Shown here one piece after another: positions 40,030 through 54,050 of a stretch of DNA of 64,000 nt. Position 1 is the first letter of the stretch, and every line of letters begins with the position of its first letter. The notes under the pieces were generated by a model. That model was given only the letters and a program-made list of their open reading frames with translations, ran no database searches and was not told the origin of the DNA. The DNA is from Eledone cirrhosa (taxonomy: Eukaryota), in NCBI GenBank assembly GCA_964016885.1, contig OZ024741.1, positions 347,758,001-347,822,000 on the forward strand, read 5' to 3'. The translations under genes and the position numbers were made by a program.

Positions 40030-43000
40030 ATTTCGTTTCTAAATTTTTTTAGCAAGATTCTTTATCTGAAAACATGTGTTGAAACCGATATTGTTATACT
40101 GGGGGGGGGGGGTCATGTTGCCAATGAGAAACACACGCACCACTTACTTTCACTTCAATTTATTATAAACTAAATTATAAATTTAAAAAAAATTATAAAT
40201 TTCCAGTTGGTTCCACAACCGGACGGTTGTTCATATATTGTCAAAGTTCTTTCGTCACACATTCTCTGACCTCATCCGTGACTGGGGATTATTTTTTTTG
40301 TTTTGTGCCTCTTTTTTATTCGGTCCTCCGCCATCTTGTTTTTGTGTGTGTTGTATGCTTAGTTTGCGCATGTGTTACATCCGGATGTATGTGTGTGTTT
40401 TTATTTGTTTATTTATTTATTTATTTACATGTTACTAGTTAGTTGTTTGTTCTATGTGTGTGTGTTTTCATCCTTCGACTTACGACAAGTCAATGCCATC
40501 ACTTTAGCTTTCAACAAACGCACGCAATTTCCGTCGCAGGTCGATGAACAAACAGAAACACAATTTAGTATAGCTAGATCCAAACTTTAAAATATTGTAG
40601 AACCGTAGAGAAATAAACAAAATAGAATGGAGGCCTAGCAACTGAGAGAACATCCGTAAATGGCTTGCGTAAGCACATGGAGCGCTCACGTAATGGAGAG
40701 ATTGCACACTTTTCAACAGACAAGTCTGGCAGAATGTCGGTTGACAGTATGTCAAACTACAACCAGGCAATGCAACCCCACATCACTAACACAAGAGAAG
40801 CAACACGACAAGAGCATGAGGATAGGGAGAAACCCTCAACGTTCATATGATGATGTGGACAAAGATAATACATCCCAATAAACGGACTGCCAACAACTTC
40901 CAAGCCTGCAACAATGACGTGCCAGCACTGTATGGGCTTCGAAAAGACCATAAGATGAACAATAACCCAGTCACAGGACCACCAACACGGCCAGTCTGTG
41001 GAGCTAACATTGCTAGCAACTACATACTTTCCTACTTCCTCTCCCTGATCGAACGCCCCATCTTTGAAATGTCCCCGGATATATGTCACAGCACGGTGGA
41101 CCTCCTCAGCAGAATCATCGAAAATAACCTGTCTAGGGACCTAACAGACTGTATAGTAGGTAGTATGGGTGCTGTGTCCCTATACCCATCCATTGACGTG
41201 GATTTTCCTGTGGAGAAATGCGTAGAAATGATCAGTCAGAGCAATGTAGAATTGCGTGGGATTGATACCAGTGAGCTGGTACTCCTACTTAAACTCACAT
41301 ATAATAATGATTATCTAGATACCTATGACCTTAGCAACTCTTCCCCACAAGGCCAGCAAGAGGCAGACCACCTACCATTACTTCAATGGCCAAGAAAACG
41401 CACACAGAAAGATGGAACGGGTGGACCAGAGCCATACGGACCCCCGAAAACCATGATGAACTAAAGAAAATGATTGCAGATGCGCTGAGGGCCAGTATAA
41501 AACTAACCCTTAAGGAACATATGTTCAAATTTAATAGAAAAACATATGCCCAAGAGGAGGGAGCAGCCATTGTCGTTGGCATTGCAGGTGACATAGCTAA
41601 CCTATTTATGGTATGGTGGGACAAAATACTTAAAGAACAATTAGAAGACACCAATCTCTTAACCCTGATAATGTACACTCGCGACGTTGATGATATAAAC
41701 ATCGTAGTAAAAACACCCGCAATAGAGAACAGTCAGGAATTAGAGACAAACACCATGGAAAGCATCCAGCACATAGCTAACTCCATCCACCAGAATAATA
41801 AAGTTCCTATAGACTTCCCAAACAAACACCCCAACCATTGATTACCTGTACTAGAAACCATTAATAACAAAAGAAATCCTCCATTCCCATTATGTCAAAT
41901 CCATTACTTCCAAATACTTGATCCACCGAAACTCAGCTGTTTCAGATCAAAATCAACATACTGATTGCGGATTTAGTAAGGGTGATGAGAAACGTGTCCC
42001 GCATGTGCAACCCCAAAGAACTAGAGCGACACATACAACACTTCATCCACCGTCTGCAGTTCTCTGGTTACAGAGAGATAAAATCAGAGTATATAGAGGA
42101 GCCAGAACCAAATGGGAAAAAATGGTAAATAATGATACAAATGGGACTTGCTACTTGTATAGGAGCAACTTTAGGAATAGAATAGAAAGAACTTGGAATA
42201 AGGTTAATAAAATAAACTCATGGTATGATAGCAATAAATACCAGAGTGTAATGTTCATCAATACAGCCCCTAGAGGTGAACTAGCTTCAAATTTAGAAGG
42301 GCCCTAGATAAACTTAAACTAAATATTAAGATAGTAGAAATACCGGGTACCTCCATAAAAACACTTATTAACAGTACATACCCTTTCCAAAGACGTCCCT
42401 GTATAGATAAGAAATGCATAATCTGTAAACTAAGCCCCCATATTAACTGTAAAACTTGAAATGTAGTATATAGCATAAGATGTACTGAAGGACAATGTAA
42501 AGATAAGAATATATTGTACATAGGGGAGAGAGCTCGTAGTATAGGAGAACGGATAAATGAACACTGGCAAGAGCTTCAAGATAGAAAAGAATCATCTGTA
42601 CTCCACCAACATGCTAAAATAGAACATAAGGGCAAATTAGAGAACATAGAAATAAAAATAGAATCTACACACAGAAAAGACACAATGTTTAGACAATCAC
42701 AGAGGCAATAAACATAAATGAACTCCAACCAAAATTAGATAGAAAACATGAATGGAATAGCAACATCATAACTTACAATTAAGTACAAAATGAAAACACA
42801 CACACATAAAACAAACAATTAACTAGTAACATGTAAGTAAACAAATAAATAAACAAATAAAAACACACACAGACACCCTGATGTAACACATGCGCAAACT
42901 AAGCACACAACACACACAAAAACAAGATGGCGTAGAACAGAACAAAGGAGAGGCACAAAACAAAGAAAATAATCCCCAGTTACTGATGAGGTCAGATAAT

Positions 43001-43177
43001 GTGTGACGAAATAACTTTGACAATATATGAACAAACGTCCGGTGGTGTAACCAACCAACCAACCGGAAATTTATAAATTTTTTAAAATTTATAATTTAAT
43101 TCATAATAAATTGAAGTGAAAGCATCGTGTTGCGTGTGTTTCTTATTGGAAACATGACCCTCCCAAAGTATAAAATA
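40030..43177 (+). pseudogene. Frameshifted EN+ PLE (tentatively Nematis-like) with inverted 5' pLTR and 3' pLTR
   Basis: ALYGLRKDHK, PTRPVCG, VSLYPSI, GIAGDIANLFMVWWD, YTRDVDD (YVDD), YIGERARSIGERINEH; 40085-40470 mirrors 42790-43177; HHR at 42979-43021. Confidence 0.9.
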
Positions 43178-43194
43178 TATATATATATATATAT

Positions 43195-45937
43195 GCAAAG
43201 TTTTATTTAAATTGTTGGGTTACAACGAGTAAATATTTATAACTGTTATAAAAGCACTCAACAAGTATTTGGCGTATATTTACGATATTAAATAAATGGA
43301 AACTATATTTATAAAACCATATTTATTTCATTATACATATTTCAGGGATATCATATTAAAAATATGGCATGCCTTCATCAGACAAAATACAATATAAACA
43401 GTCTTATAAATAGATAGATTTGACATACCTTACAACTTCAACTTCCATTTAAAAAGTTGATTTGGTAGTGAAAAATGTTAGGGACAGTTATAAAAAGAAA
43501 GAAAGCGAAGAAAAAGAAGAAATGCATGCAACGAAAAACAGAGAGAGAGAGAGATATAGAGAGATAGATAGAGAGAAGAAATTCATGTAAAGAAAAAACA
43601 GAGAGAGATAGATAGAGAGAGAAAAAACACAGAGGGAGATAGATAGAGAGAGAGAGAGAAGAGAGAGAGAGAAAAATAAAGAGAGATAGATATAGATAGA
43701 GATAGAGAGAAAGAAAATAGGTAGTTGGGCACCAGTTGAATGACGTATCAATGATATATTTAGTTATTTATTTATTCATTTATTTAGTTCTAGTATTAAG
43801 GCAGAGAGAGATATATGTGGTTAGGAGAGAAAACAGCCGTTACATAGAGAGAAAAGAAAAATATCCAGAAATAAACGAGGCAGATTTAAAACATTAGTGA
43901 ACTCTGTTCAAAAACGTATCTCTAGAATCTCATCTAATAAAAAGATTTTTGACGAAAAAGCCCAGTATTACAATGAAGCGTTAGCTAGAGCAGGATATAG
44001 TGATAAAATTACGTACATAGATAATAATAGACAAACTAACCAAAATAACAACAATTTTAATTACGGCAACAACTTTAACAACTATAATAGAAAGCATTAC
44101 AATTATTCCAAAAGCCAAAAAAGAAATAGAACTAGGAATATAATATGGTTTGCCCCCCCCCCCCCTTTCTCAATAAACATTAAAACCCACATCGCTAAAC
44201 TATTTTTTAATGCTCTTGATAATCGCTTCCCTAGAACACATAAGTATCACTCAATTTTCAATAGACATACTATAAAATTAACCTACTCATCCACCAAAGA
44301 TTTAGCACAAAATATTAATAGAATAAATAATAGGAATTTAAAACCTAGCCAAAATACCGATAATAGCATAAATAATATCCAAGTAAACAAATGTAACTGT
44401 AGAGATAGATCTAAATGTCCGTTAAATAACAATTGCTTAGTTACAAATATAATATACAACTGTAATGTTAAAACGGACTTAAATTCTTTTAACTATGTTG
44501 GTTCCACCTCGACAGAATTTAAACTTCGCTATAATAACCACAAGAATTCTTTCACAGATCCAAGCAAAAAATCTTCAACATCACTATCAGGCTTACTCTG
44601 GCAACTTAAGCATGATAACGTTGGATATTCGACGGCTTGGAATATAGTCTCAAGAGGGATTCCTTTTAATTCATCTTCTGAGACATGTGACCTCTGCGCG
44701 GAGGAGATATTCTTTATACTAAAATCTAAAAATTCCCTTAATTTACGGACAAATTTATTCAGTTGCTGCAGACATAGATTGAACTCAACTTTTAAATATA
44801 AATATAAATTTAAAATGTAGTATATTTACTTATGATTTGTAATTATTTATGAAACTCGCCGATAAATCTTTCGATTTCTTTTTTTTTAAACATTCTTCAT
44901 GAATAATTAAACTACCCTAAAAGCTGATGCTCCAAATATATCGAATAAGTTTTACACTAGATACACTTCTATAATAAATATAAGACCATCCGTAGATCAA
45001 ATGGGTATCCTAAACTTTTGGAATGATTTCTGCTAGACAGGATTTGGTAAATAATTTTGGTTTTGTTTGCTTTTGATTCTGATGCTTATAATGAACTTGG
45101 CAATATATTGTCAATTATTTTTGAAGGGTTGATTTCTGTGGTTGATTTGCGGGGCATACTGTTTTATTTTTAATATTTTTTAATTTTTTAATATTTTTAT
45201 TGATATATTGATATCTGTTGTCTATTTATGCTTGAACTATAGTCATGTAGAGTAAAGACAAGAATAGTATTATTAAAATTAATGTAGATTCTATATATAT
45301 TTGTGTGTATGTACACATATATGTATACTAGAATTTTTATAGCACAATGAGAATGTTTTCATGTGAAATAGGAATTTGCAGAGTTGATCACGTAAATTCA
45401 CATGGATGTCTATAGTATCGAATCTGGCATAACCTTCTATTTTCTTTTTCTTTTTTCATGAAAGTGCATATATACTTATGTATTTCAATTTTTTGTTTGA
45501 AGTTTTTTATCTCATTTTTTATCTCAGTTTTTTTATCTCAGTTTTTTTAACTCATTTTTTTAACTCAGTTCTGATTATAAACCTAGGAATTTTAAACTAG
45601 ACATATGATCATTATTTTTCACACATTATTGATACGTGTCTCATTCATGAATACTGATATTTACATTATAATACCTAATTCATACGAATTGATATTTTTA
45701 GATTGATGAAACATAATGTTTTAAATCTGCCTCGTTTATCTCTGGATATTTTTCTTTTCTCTCTATGTAACGGCTGTTTTCTCTCCTAACCACATATATC
45801 TCTCTCTACCTTAATACTAGAACTAAATAAATAAATAAATAAATAAATAAATATATCATTGACACATCATTCAACAGGTGCCCAACTACCTATTTTCTGT
45901 CTCTCTATCTCTATCTATATCTATCTCTCTCTATTGT

Positions 45938-45969
<32 letters not shown>

Positions 45970-46331
45970 ATCTATCTCTTTCTGTGTTTTTCTCTCTCTA
46001 TCTATCTCTCTCTGTTTTTTCTTTACATGAATTTCTTCTCTCTATCTATCTCTCTATATCTATCTCTCTCTGTTTTTCGTTGCATGCATTTCTTCTTTTT
46101 CTTCGCTTTCTTTCTTTCTTTTTATAACTGTCCCTAACATTTTTCACTACCAAATCAACTTTTTAAATGGAAGTTGAAGTTGTAAGGTCTGTCAAATCTA
46201 TCTATTTATAAGACTGTTTATATTGTATTTTGTCTGATGAAGGCATGCCATATTTTTAATATGATATCCCTGAAATATGTATAATGAAATAAATATGGTT
46301 TTATAAATATAGTTTCCATTTATTTAATATC

Positions 46332-46335
<4 letters not shown>
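43195..46335 (+). mobile_element. 5'-truncated PLE (same clade as 4973-7435) with ~615-bp inverted pLTR
   Basis: 43281-43896 mirrors 45715-46333; HHRs at 43325-43388(-) and 46227-46290(+). Confidence 0.92.
43897..44820 (+). pseudogene. PLE RT-thumb end + GIY-YIG endonuclease (307 aa, no RT core)
   Basis: RISRISSNK, YYNEALARAGY, NIIWF, CNCRDRSKCPL, YVGST..FKLRYNNH, CDLC, CRH; colinear with the C-terminus of the 820-aa ORF. Confidence 0.92.
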
Positions 46336-46404
<69 letters not shown>

Positions 46405-46409
<5 letters not shown>

Positions 46410-46680
46410 GTAAGTCCAAAGAATCATTAGATAAAATATATACAGTATTTCTTCTCCCAATCAGTATAAATTAACGACACAAAAAATCATTTAAACGAGG
46501 CTATAAGTTTAAAATGTACTTATGAAGAAATAATAGATAAATGATATAGATACTTTTCCGCGATGTACAACTGCATGACATCTACCTACTATTTCTCCTA
46601 GCCTGTAGAAATTGACTAGACACATAGTTAACTACACAGAATTAGGTACAACATTAAAGTTAGTTCTTCTGACTTCAATT
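46405..46680 (-). mobile_element. Diverged family C fragment
   Basis: gataaaatatatacagtatttcttctcccaat and cagaattaggtac shared with 13700-13900. Confidence 0.7.
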
Positions 46681-47629
46681 TTGTATATATATATATATAA
46701 CGAAGAAAGTGTGGTAAGGAACCAGATGCACCATTACGCACCATATTACTCGATACTTAGGGTAGTAGAGTGGGTAAAATATCCAGGACCCCGAACGGTG
46801 AGCTCCGGCTGTTTCGATAGCTAGATCTGAACTAAACTATGTAGTGTTAGGACGGTAGGGACCTAGCTGAACTTATGAAGGTGTACAGTCCATATATGGA
46901 CATGCAATCAAAATACAGCAGTAGTATCATATCAAACAAGCCTAAATATGTTGTTTTTCTTTTCTACACTATTATATTCAGTTTCCATTCTTCCATAGGT
47001 TAGCCCAAATATTTTCACCCCTGTTACTTATACATACTACCGGCCGAACACGTAGCCATACTTTTTTTTTATTGGGGTGTATCATTATGGAAGATAATAT
47101 TGATAAATTACCAGTAATGCACTGGAATAATTGCTGGTCTTGTGCCAAAAGTAGAAACAAATATTGATAAATTACTACATTGAGGTGCCGTTTCAGTGCA
47201 TTAGAGTAACTAATAAGTACAGTTTATTAATTAGATATTTAATCAGTATTAAATTATATTTGCTTCGCTCTTTGGCCAACTGTTAGACCTGGCATACTCA
47301 TTTTCACTCTACAATATTCCTTGTTTCTCATGTTTTTACCCCCTTTAGAGATAGCTGTAAATAATTCACTCTTAACGCATGACTGGCCTGGCACGCACAG
47401 ATCAAATGTCATCTTACTCCCTCCTCTTTGTTCCACGTGACAGAAAAGAAAAACAAGTTCTAGGATTGTTTGATCTGATACTACTGTTATGTTTTGATTG
47501 CATGCCCCAATATGGATTGTACACCTTGACAAGTTCAGCTAGCTCCCTACCATCATAACACTACTGGTTTAGTTCGGATCTATCTGTCGAAAAGGCCGGA
47601 GCTCAGCCGTCGGGTCCTGACTCTTTTCC

Positions 47630-47664
<35 letters not shown>

Positions 47665-47667
<3 letters not shown>

Positions 47668-48760
47668 AATATAAGTATGTATACGTACATACATATATGT
47701 ATACAGACGTAAAGTAGTATGTATATATACATACATGCACACATATATATATATGTACGTATGCATTCACCGAACATTTATTATAATGCTCGCGTGTTTG
47801 CAAACACACATCCCGAATTAAGCCGTACAGTGTCTAGCAACCATCGTTGCTCATTTTTTCAACACTGACAAAGGAACGCTGTACTAGTTTCAAGCTTATT
47901 AGCTATCGTCAGCAACGTATAATTCCTGCCATATGGTAGAACGTCTGAAAGTATATACTTTCTCTATGCATATTAACGGCTGAGCAGCCTAATGTGCATA
48001 TCGAAGAAGGTATACGTTGCTGACGATAGCTAATAAGCTTGAAACTAGTACAGCGTTCCTTTGTCAGTGTTGAAAAAATGAGCAACGATGGTTGCTAGAC
48101 ACTGTACGTCTTAATTCTGGATGTTTGCTTCCAAACACACCTAACATTATAATAAATGTTTGGTGAATCCATACGTACATATATATATATGTGTGCATGT
48201 ATGTGTATATATATACATACTACTGTACGTCTGTATACATATATGTATGTACGTATACATACTTATATTTAAGTAACAGCCGTACTAAGAGTGAGAAATG
48301 AAATTTCGTTTCATTTTTTCCGTTTATTGTTTTCGGTACCCCGGCCGATTAACTCAATCGATATGCAAATTAGGCTGCTCAGCCGTTAATATGCATAGGG
48401 AAAGTATATACGTTCAGACGTTCAACCATCTGGCAGGAAGGTATACGTTGCTGACGATAGCTAATATGCTTGAAACTAGAACAGCGTTCCTTTGTCAGTG
48501 TTGAAAAAATGAGCAACGATGGTTGCTAGACACTGTATGGCTTAATTCGAGATGTTTGTTTGCAAACACACCGTGCATTATAATAACTGTTGGGTGAATC
48601 CATACGTACATATATATATATGTGTGCATGTATGTATATATATATATACATACTACTGTACGTCTGTATACATATATGTATGTACGTATACATACTTATA
48701 TTTAAGTAACAGCCGTACTAAGAGTGGGAAATGAAATTTCGTTTCATTTTTTCCGTTTAT
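47665..48760. mobile_element. 431-bp HHR unit (family F): inverted copy plus ~1.7 tandem copies, non-coding
   Basis: acgttg CTGACGA tagct-aata-agctt GAAA ctag TA cagcgt at 48014-48056(+) and 47876-47918(-); copy at 48445-48487 has TA>AA. Confidence 0.92.
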
Positions 48761-48761
48761 G

Positions 48762-48804
<43 letters not shown>

Positions 48805-48807
48805 ATG

Positions 48808-48864
<57 letters not shown>

Positions 48865-48869
48865 ATGAG

Positions 48870-48904
<35 letters not shown>

Positions 48905-49254
48905 ATGATTATATATATATATATATATATTACTCAATACCGAGTAAGGGTGGCCCATAGCAATAGGCAATTTTCCGAAAGTTAGAATATTGATGCTCCC
49001 TCACCGAAAAATATGTGTTTGCTCTATACCAGCGCAGTGTCCCCAGCTTTGCAAGTTACCTTACCTCTTATATTTATTGCCACCTATCTTTTTAATACCA
49101 AGAATAAATCTGAACAAGCTTTTAATTTAAGAGAATATATATATATATATGTATATATATATACACTCCTTACTATCCTTGCTTTCATATTTAATAACAG
49201 TATTTACATTGGTATTTTCAATTGCCAATACTAGACACCGACCGCAAATCCAAG

Positions 49255-49372
49255 AAGGTGTGACGTGATATAAAATGTCTGGCTCAAGGACATAACACAT
49301 CGCCCGGTCTGGGAAACGAACTCACAACCTCAGGATTGCGAATCCAATTTTCTACATACTCAGCCATCGTGC
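49255..49372 (-). mobile_element. Second tRNA-derived SINE family, head region
   Basis: On -: A-box-like tggctgagtatg, B-box-like gagttcgtttccc, then tgtccttgagccagac. Confidence 0.6.
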
Positions 49373-50429
49373 AGGATGAATTATTGAACAAAATTAACGT
49401 TTCACACCATTGAATGCTTTGTGTCTGCCTCACACAATTAAATTACCTTTCTAACAATTATAAGTATCTACTCTACGGTGGCTAAAACTTCAATTTATAT
49501 ATGTATATGTGCGTGTGTGTGTTTGTGGGTGTTTGTGTTGTGTGTGTATATGTGTTTCTCTCTCTGTGTGTGTGTGTGTACGTGTATATGAGTGTATGTG
49601 TGCATGTGTATGATTGCATGCCAAGACAATGCTGATCACTAAAATAATATAAGGTAGACTTGAATGTATACCGAACAGGTTTAGTGTCGCACATATCAGA
49701 CATAAAAAGCAAATTCTGAAGAGAAATTTCAAATAAACTATTTTAACCCTCATGAGATGATAACGATGAGGGACTTCTCCACACATATACACATACACAC
49801 ATACACGCACACAAATACACATACATACATACACAGACATACATACACGCACACAAACACACACACACACACATACACACACAAACACACACACACACAG
49901 ACACACCAATTAATACTTTTTATAGTATCTAAACAGTAAACATTGAGACGACTTCATAACTTATATATAATGTATTTACATTGTAAAATATAATTCACCA
50001 CCTGTTCCATACATAACCAAATCTAAATGTATTTCTATTGAATTAAATGTGAGCAACTTCCACTAGGCAAACAGATATATATATAGTATATTAGTTTTTG
50101 TAATTTTTGTCACGAGTAATAACCACGTTAAGACTGTATATCAAAATAACAAAATCCCTGAAAAATACATGCACACACACATACTACGTATATATGTATG
50201 TGTATGCATGGGATTGTATACTTTCGTGTGCGTGCGTGTGTATGTTTGGGTATGAGTGTGTGTGCCTGTGTATTCTGCCATATAATAAATTATATATGTT
50301 ATCATGTTCACAATAATTAATATAACATCGTGTTTGATTTGAATCAACGCTGCCATTCACCAAGGAATATATCAGTATATAAATTAGAAGTATATTTTTA
50401 CGCACGTTTTTAAGCAGAATCTCACTGTG

Positions 50430-51170
50430 AAATATGTCAGAGATACCATTGTTTATTGAAGGGCCTCTAACATGGGATATCTTGGCTAGGGCCCAACCGT
50501 TCAGTGGACGAAGAAACTATTGTCATCTCTGTCTTACCGAAGCCTATTACATAACTCTATCACAACCTCTACCGATTAATGATAGAACGGAGGTAACTAT
50601 TAGCTGTCAACATCAAAGGGCTAATTCCTTCGCCAACAGAATATTTGACCCAACATAGTCATCTATTCCCACTTTTTCTTATAGCTAACACGTTAAATAG
50701 TTATGGCTAACTTAGATTATTATAAGTTACCTCCCTTACATTATCTCTCACTTAAACTCTTTAGCAGTTCTTAACTATAAGCCACCTACAATTTCTAATT
50801 TCTCGAGGAGTTACTTCCCTGAAACCAACCTCTAATTAGTAAGATAAATATGTCCTTTGGCGGCCATAGTGTTACCCATAGGCAGATCTCACATAATGCA
50901 GCCTCGGCAGAAGAATATTGCTCGCCTATGGCAGACAATAGAATACCCAGGACACCATAGTGGAATACCAATATATGGAACATTACATTCATGTAGCCAT
51001 CTTTCTTTACCTTAATTTATATTCCTTTTGAAGTTCCGATGAACCGCTCCAAATTTGCCTAAGTAAATTATCTTCAACTGAACCAGATCAATAATGATCT
51101 ATAATCATTTGATCCAGAAACATTATATGGAGAAGCGAAACAATTTTAAACGGACATTATTAGTATTATT
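50430..51170 (+). pseudogene. PLE GIY-YIG C-terminal remnant + 3' UTR with HHR-like motif
   Basis: WDILARAQPF..CHLCLTE..INDRTEV..CQH; gtt CCGATGA ... GAAA caattt TA aac at 51033-51151. Confidence 0.8.
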
Positions 51171-51510
51171 ATTATTATTATTTATATTCCTTACATTAAA
51201 ATAAAATTATGCTGACAATCTTTAAATAATGTCTTCCTTCTGAAAAGTGTGGTCTTGTTTTGCTTAACTAATGAATATTTCCAGCTATGTGCACCTAACA
51301 TCTGCATCAATCCAGCCACCTAGCTACCTTCCACTGCATATTGCACATTGAGCACATGCCTTTACGCTTTGGCTTCTAACTAATTCACCATTCTCTCTTC
51401 TCCTCTCCTATCTCCATCTCTCTCTTTAAAATTGGTTACTCTTGAACTGTGTATAAATATATAGATATATATACAAAAAGTATCATATATATAATAATAT
51501 ATTTAACAGA

Positions 51511-51585
<75 letters not shown>

Positions 51586-51678
51586 GTACCTATAGACTGT
51601 GTTAAATATATTATTATATATAAGACAATATATATATATATATATATATAAATCTCTCTATATATATATATATATCTC

Positions 51679-51721
<43 letters not shown>

Positions 51722-51753
51722 ATACGTGTGTGGTGCAAATGTAGGATACCTAG

Positions 51754-51832
<79 letters not shown>

Positions 51833-51836
<4 letters not shown>

Positions 51837-52685
51837 AATATGATAATAATGGAGCTGCGGCGTTGCAAATGGGTTACATAAGAAAAAGTAAGTCCTTCAT
51901 CAGTGACCCTCCAACCGTCCTAGGCATTTCATCGCTTTAAGGGCCATATACCTCAGGTTGGTGCGAACAACGGCTAAAAAAAGTCGTTGGGACAGGTAAA
52001 TAAAGAGAACGTTGGGGTGAACAAACAAAATGGTTTAAGCAACAGAAAGTGAGAAGAAAGAGACAAGTCCCAGATTTCTATGAATATAAACTCGGTGAAA
52101 TCGTGAAAGAGAGAATAAAGACCATCAAAACTGGTTGAAATGTGAGCAAGGAAGGAATTTCGCACAGGTCTAACGGGGGGAAGAAGAAGGGGTCTGGTCT
52201 GCGAATTCGGTAAACATAAGTTCTGTGAAGTCGCAGACGAGAGAGAGAGAGAGAAAAAAAATTCATACCGGCTTGGCCAAGAGAGCGCGAGAAAAGAAAT
52301 CGGACAGGTCAAACGGGAAGAAAGAGGAGGAGGAGGAGAGGTAGTGACAGAGAATGAGTGAGTGAAAGTTGAGGAAGATGCTAACAGTGAGAGACTACTA
52401 GAAAGGGTAAAGATACAAAGAACGAAACAGACGGGTGGCAGCAGAGGAAAAAATATATGTGTAAATATGATAATAATGGAGCTGCGGCGTTGCAAATGGG
52501 TTACATAAGAAAAAGTAAGTCCTTCATCAGTGACCCTCCAACCGTCCTAGGCATTTCATCGCTTTAAGGGCCACTTACGTGTCCCAACGACTTTTTTTAG
52601 CCATTGTTCGCACCAACCTGAGGTATATGGCCCTTAAAGCGATGACATGCCTAGGACGGTTGGAGGTTCACTGATGAAGGACTTA

Positions 52686-52690
<5 letters not shown>
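51833..52690. mobile_element. ~627-bp unit with direct and inverted partial copies (family G), atypical HHR-like cores
   Basis: 51833-51946 repeated at 52460-52573; 52580-52690 is inverted 51893-51995. Confidence 0.75.
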
Positions 52691-52728
<38 letters not shown>

Positions 52729-53712
52729 TCTGTTAAATATATTATTATATATATGAAACTTTTTGTATCCTAACGATTTGAAATTGTCGAAATTCGCCAT
52801 ACATAGTGACAATCCGCAGACCGATAAATTATTTAGAAGAAAATGCTTTTTTAGTAGTATTATATTGTCGTATTATATCTGCTTCATATGTAATTAGTAC
52901 ACATGCATTTAAAAAATTATTATGACTATTAATCTAATTAATGATTAGAATTCCTCGAAATACGTTAAATATTGTGTATATACTATTTGCAATACGCACA
53001 TCACGTCCGCAATAAAAATCAAAAATGCATAAAACTTTACACATGTTTAAATAGATAGATACAGTGATTGAGAGATAGTTGATACAAACACTCATACATA
53101 ATCTTATAGCAGACAGAAACATATATTTGAATGTGTGCATCTATACATATATATTTGCACATGCACATGCATAAATGTGTATTTATAAATATGCATTGTC
53201 AATAAATCCACACATATACATACATGCAGACATAAATACATAGAGATATGCATGCATACATGCATATATATATACATAGAAACCTTTAGTTATGAAAATG
53301 ACTGCAATCTTTCTTTGCTTCTTATCAATGCAATCAAGTAATATTTTCCAGTATACATGCGTGTACGGGTGCATATTGTTTCCTACTTGCATATTCTAAC
53401 TTTCATTACACGAAATTTCAAACAATGTGTAGTCGTGCGCAGTGCAGCATATAATTCATAATCCATTTGCCGCCAATACGATAACCAGTAGCATGATCAT
53501 AATGTAGAATTTATGTCTGGATTGACATGTTCCTTTTCACTCTAACGGAAGTGCACAATGTACACAATTATCATAATTTCCGGTGAAACCACGTTCGTTG
53601 TCGAGAGGATTCGTAACATAAACAGAAATCTTCATATATTTTCACATATACTCTAATAAAGATATATATGCACGGACAAGATTAAAATACAAAAACAAAC
53701 ACCTGCGTATGA

Positions 53713-53751
<39 letters not shown>

Positions 53752-54002
53752 GATAGAGAGAGAGAAAAAGAGACATAGAAACAGACACAAACACACACGA
53801 ACAATTATTAAATCTCTATCTTAACCTGTCTTTATCTGTGCGTGCATATCTCCATATATTAATGTTTAATCATTAAACCGTAAATGCACATTTATAGGTG
53901 GACAACCTAATGTCGCTGAGAAACCGTAAATTCATATTAATACATAAAACCTACATACACATGTGCATATATGTGTGTGCGCGTCTTTGTTTTTGTCATA
54001 TA

Positions 54003-54042
<40 letters not shown>

Positions 54043-54050
<8 letters not shown>

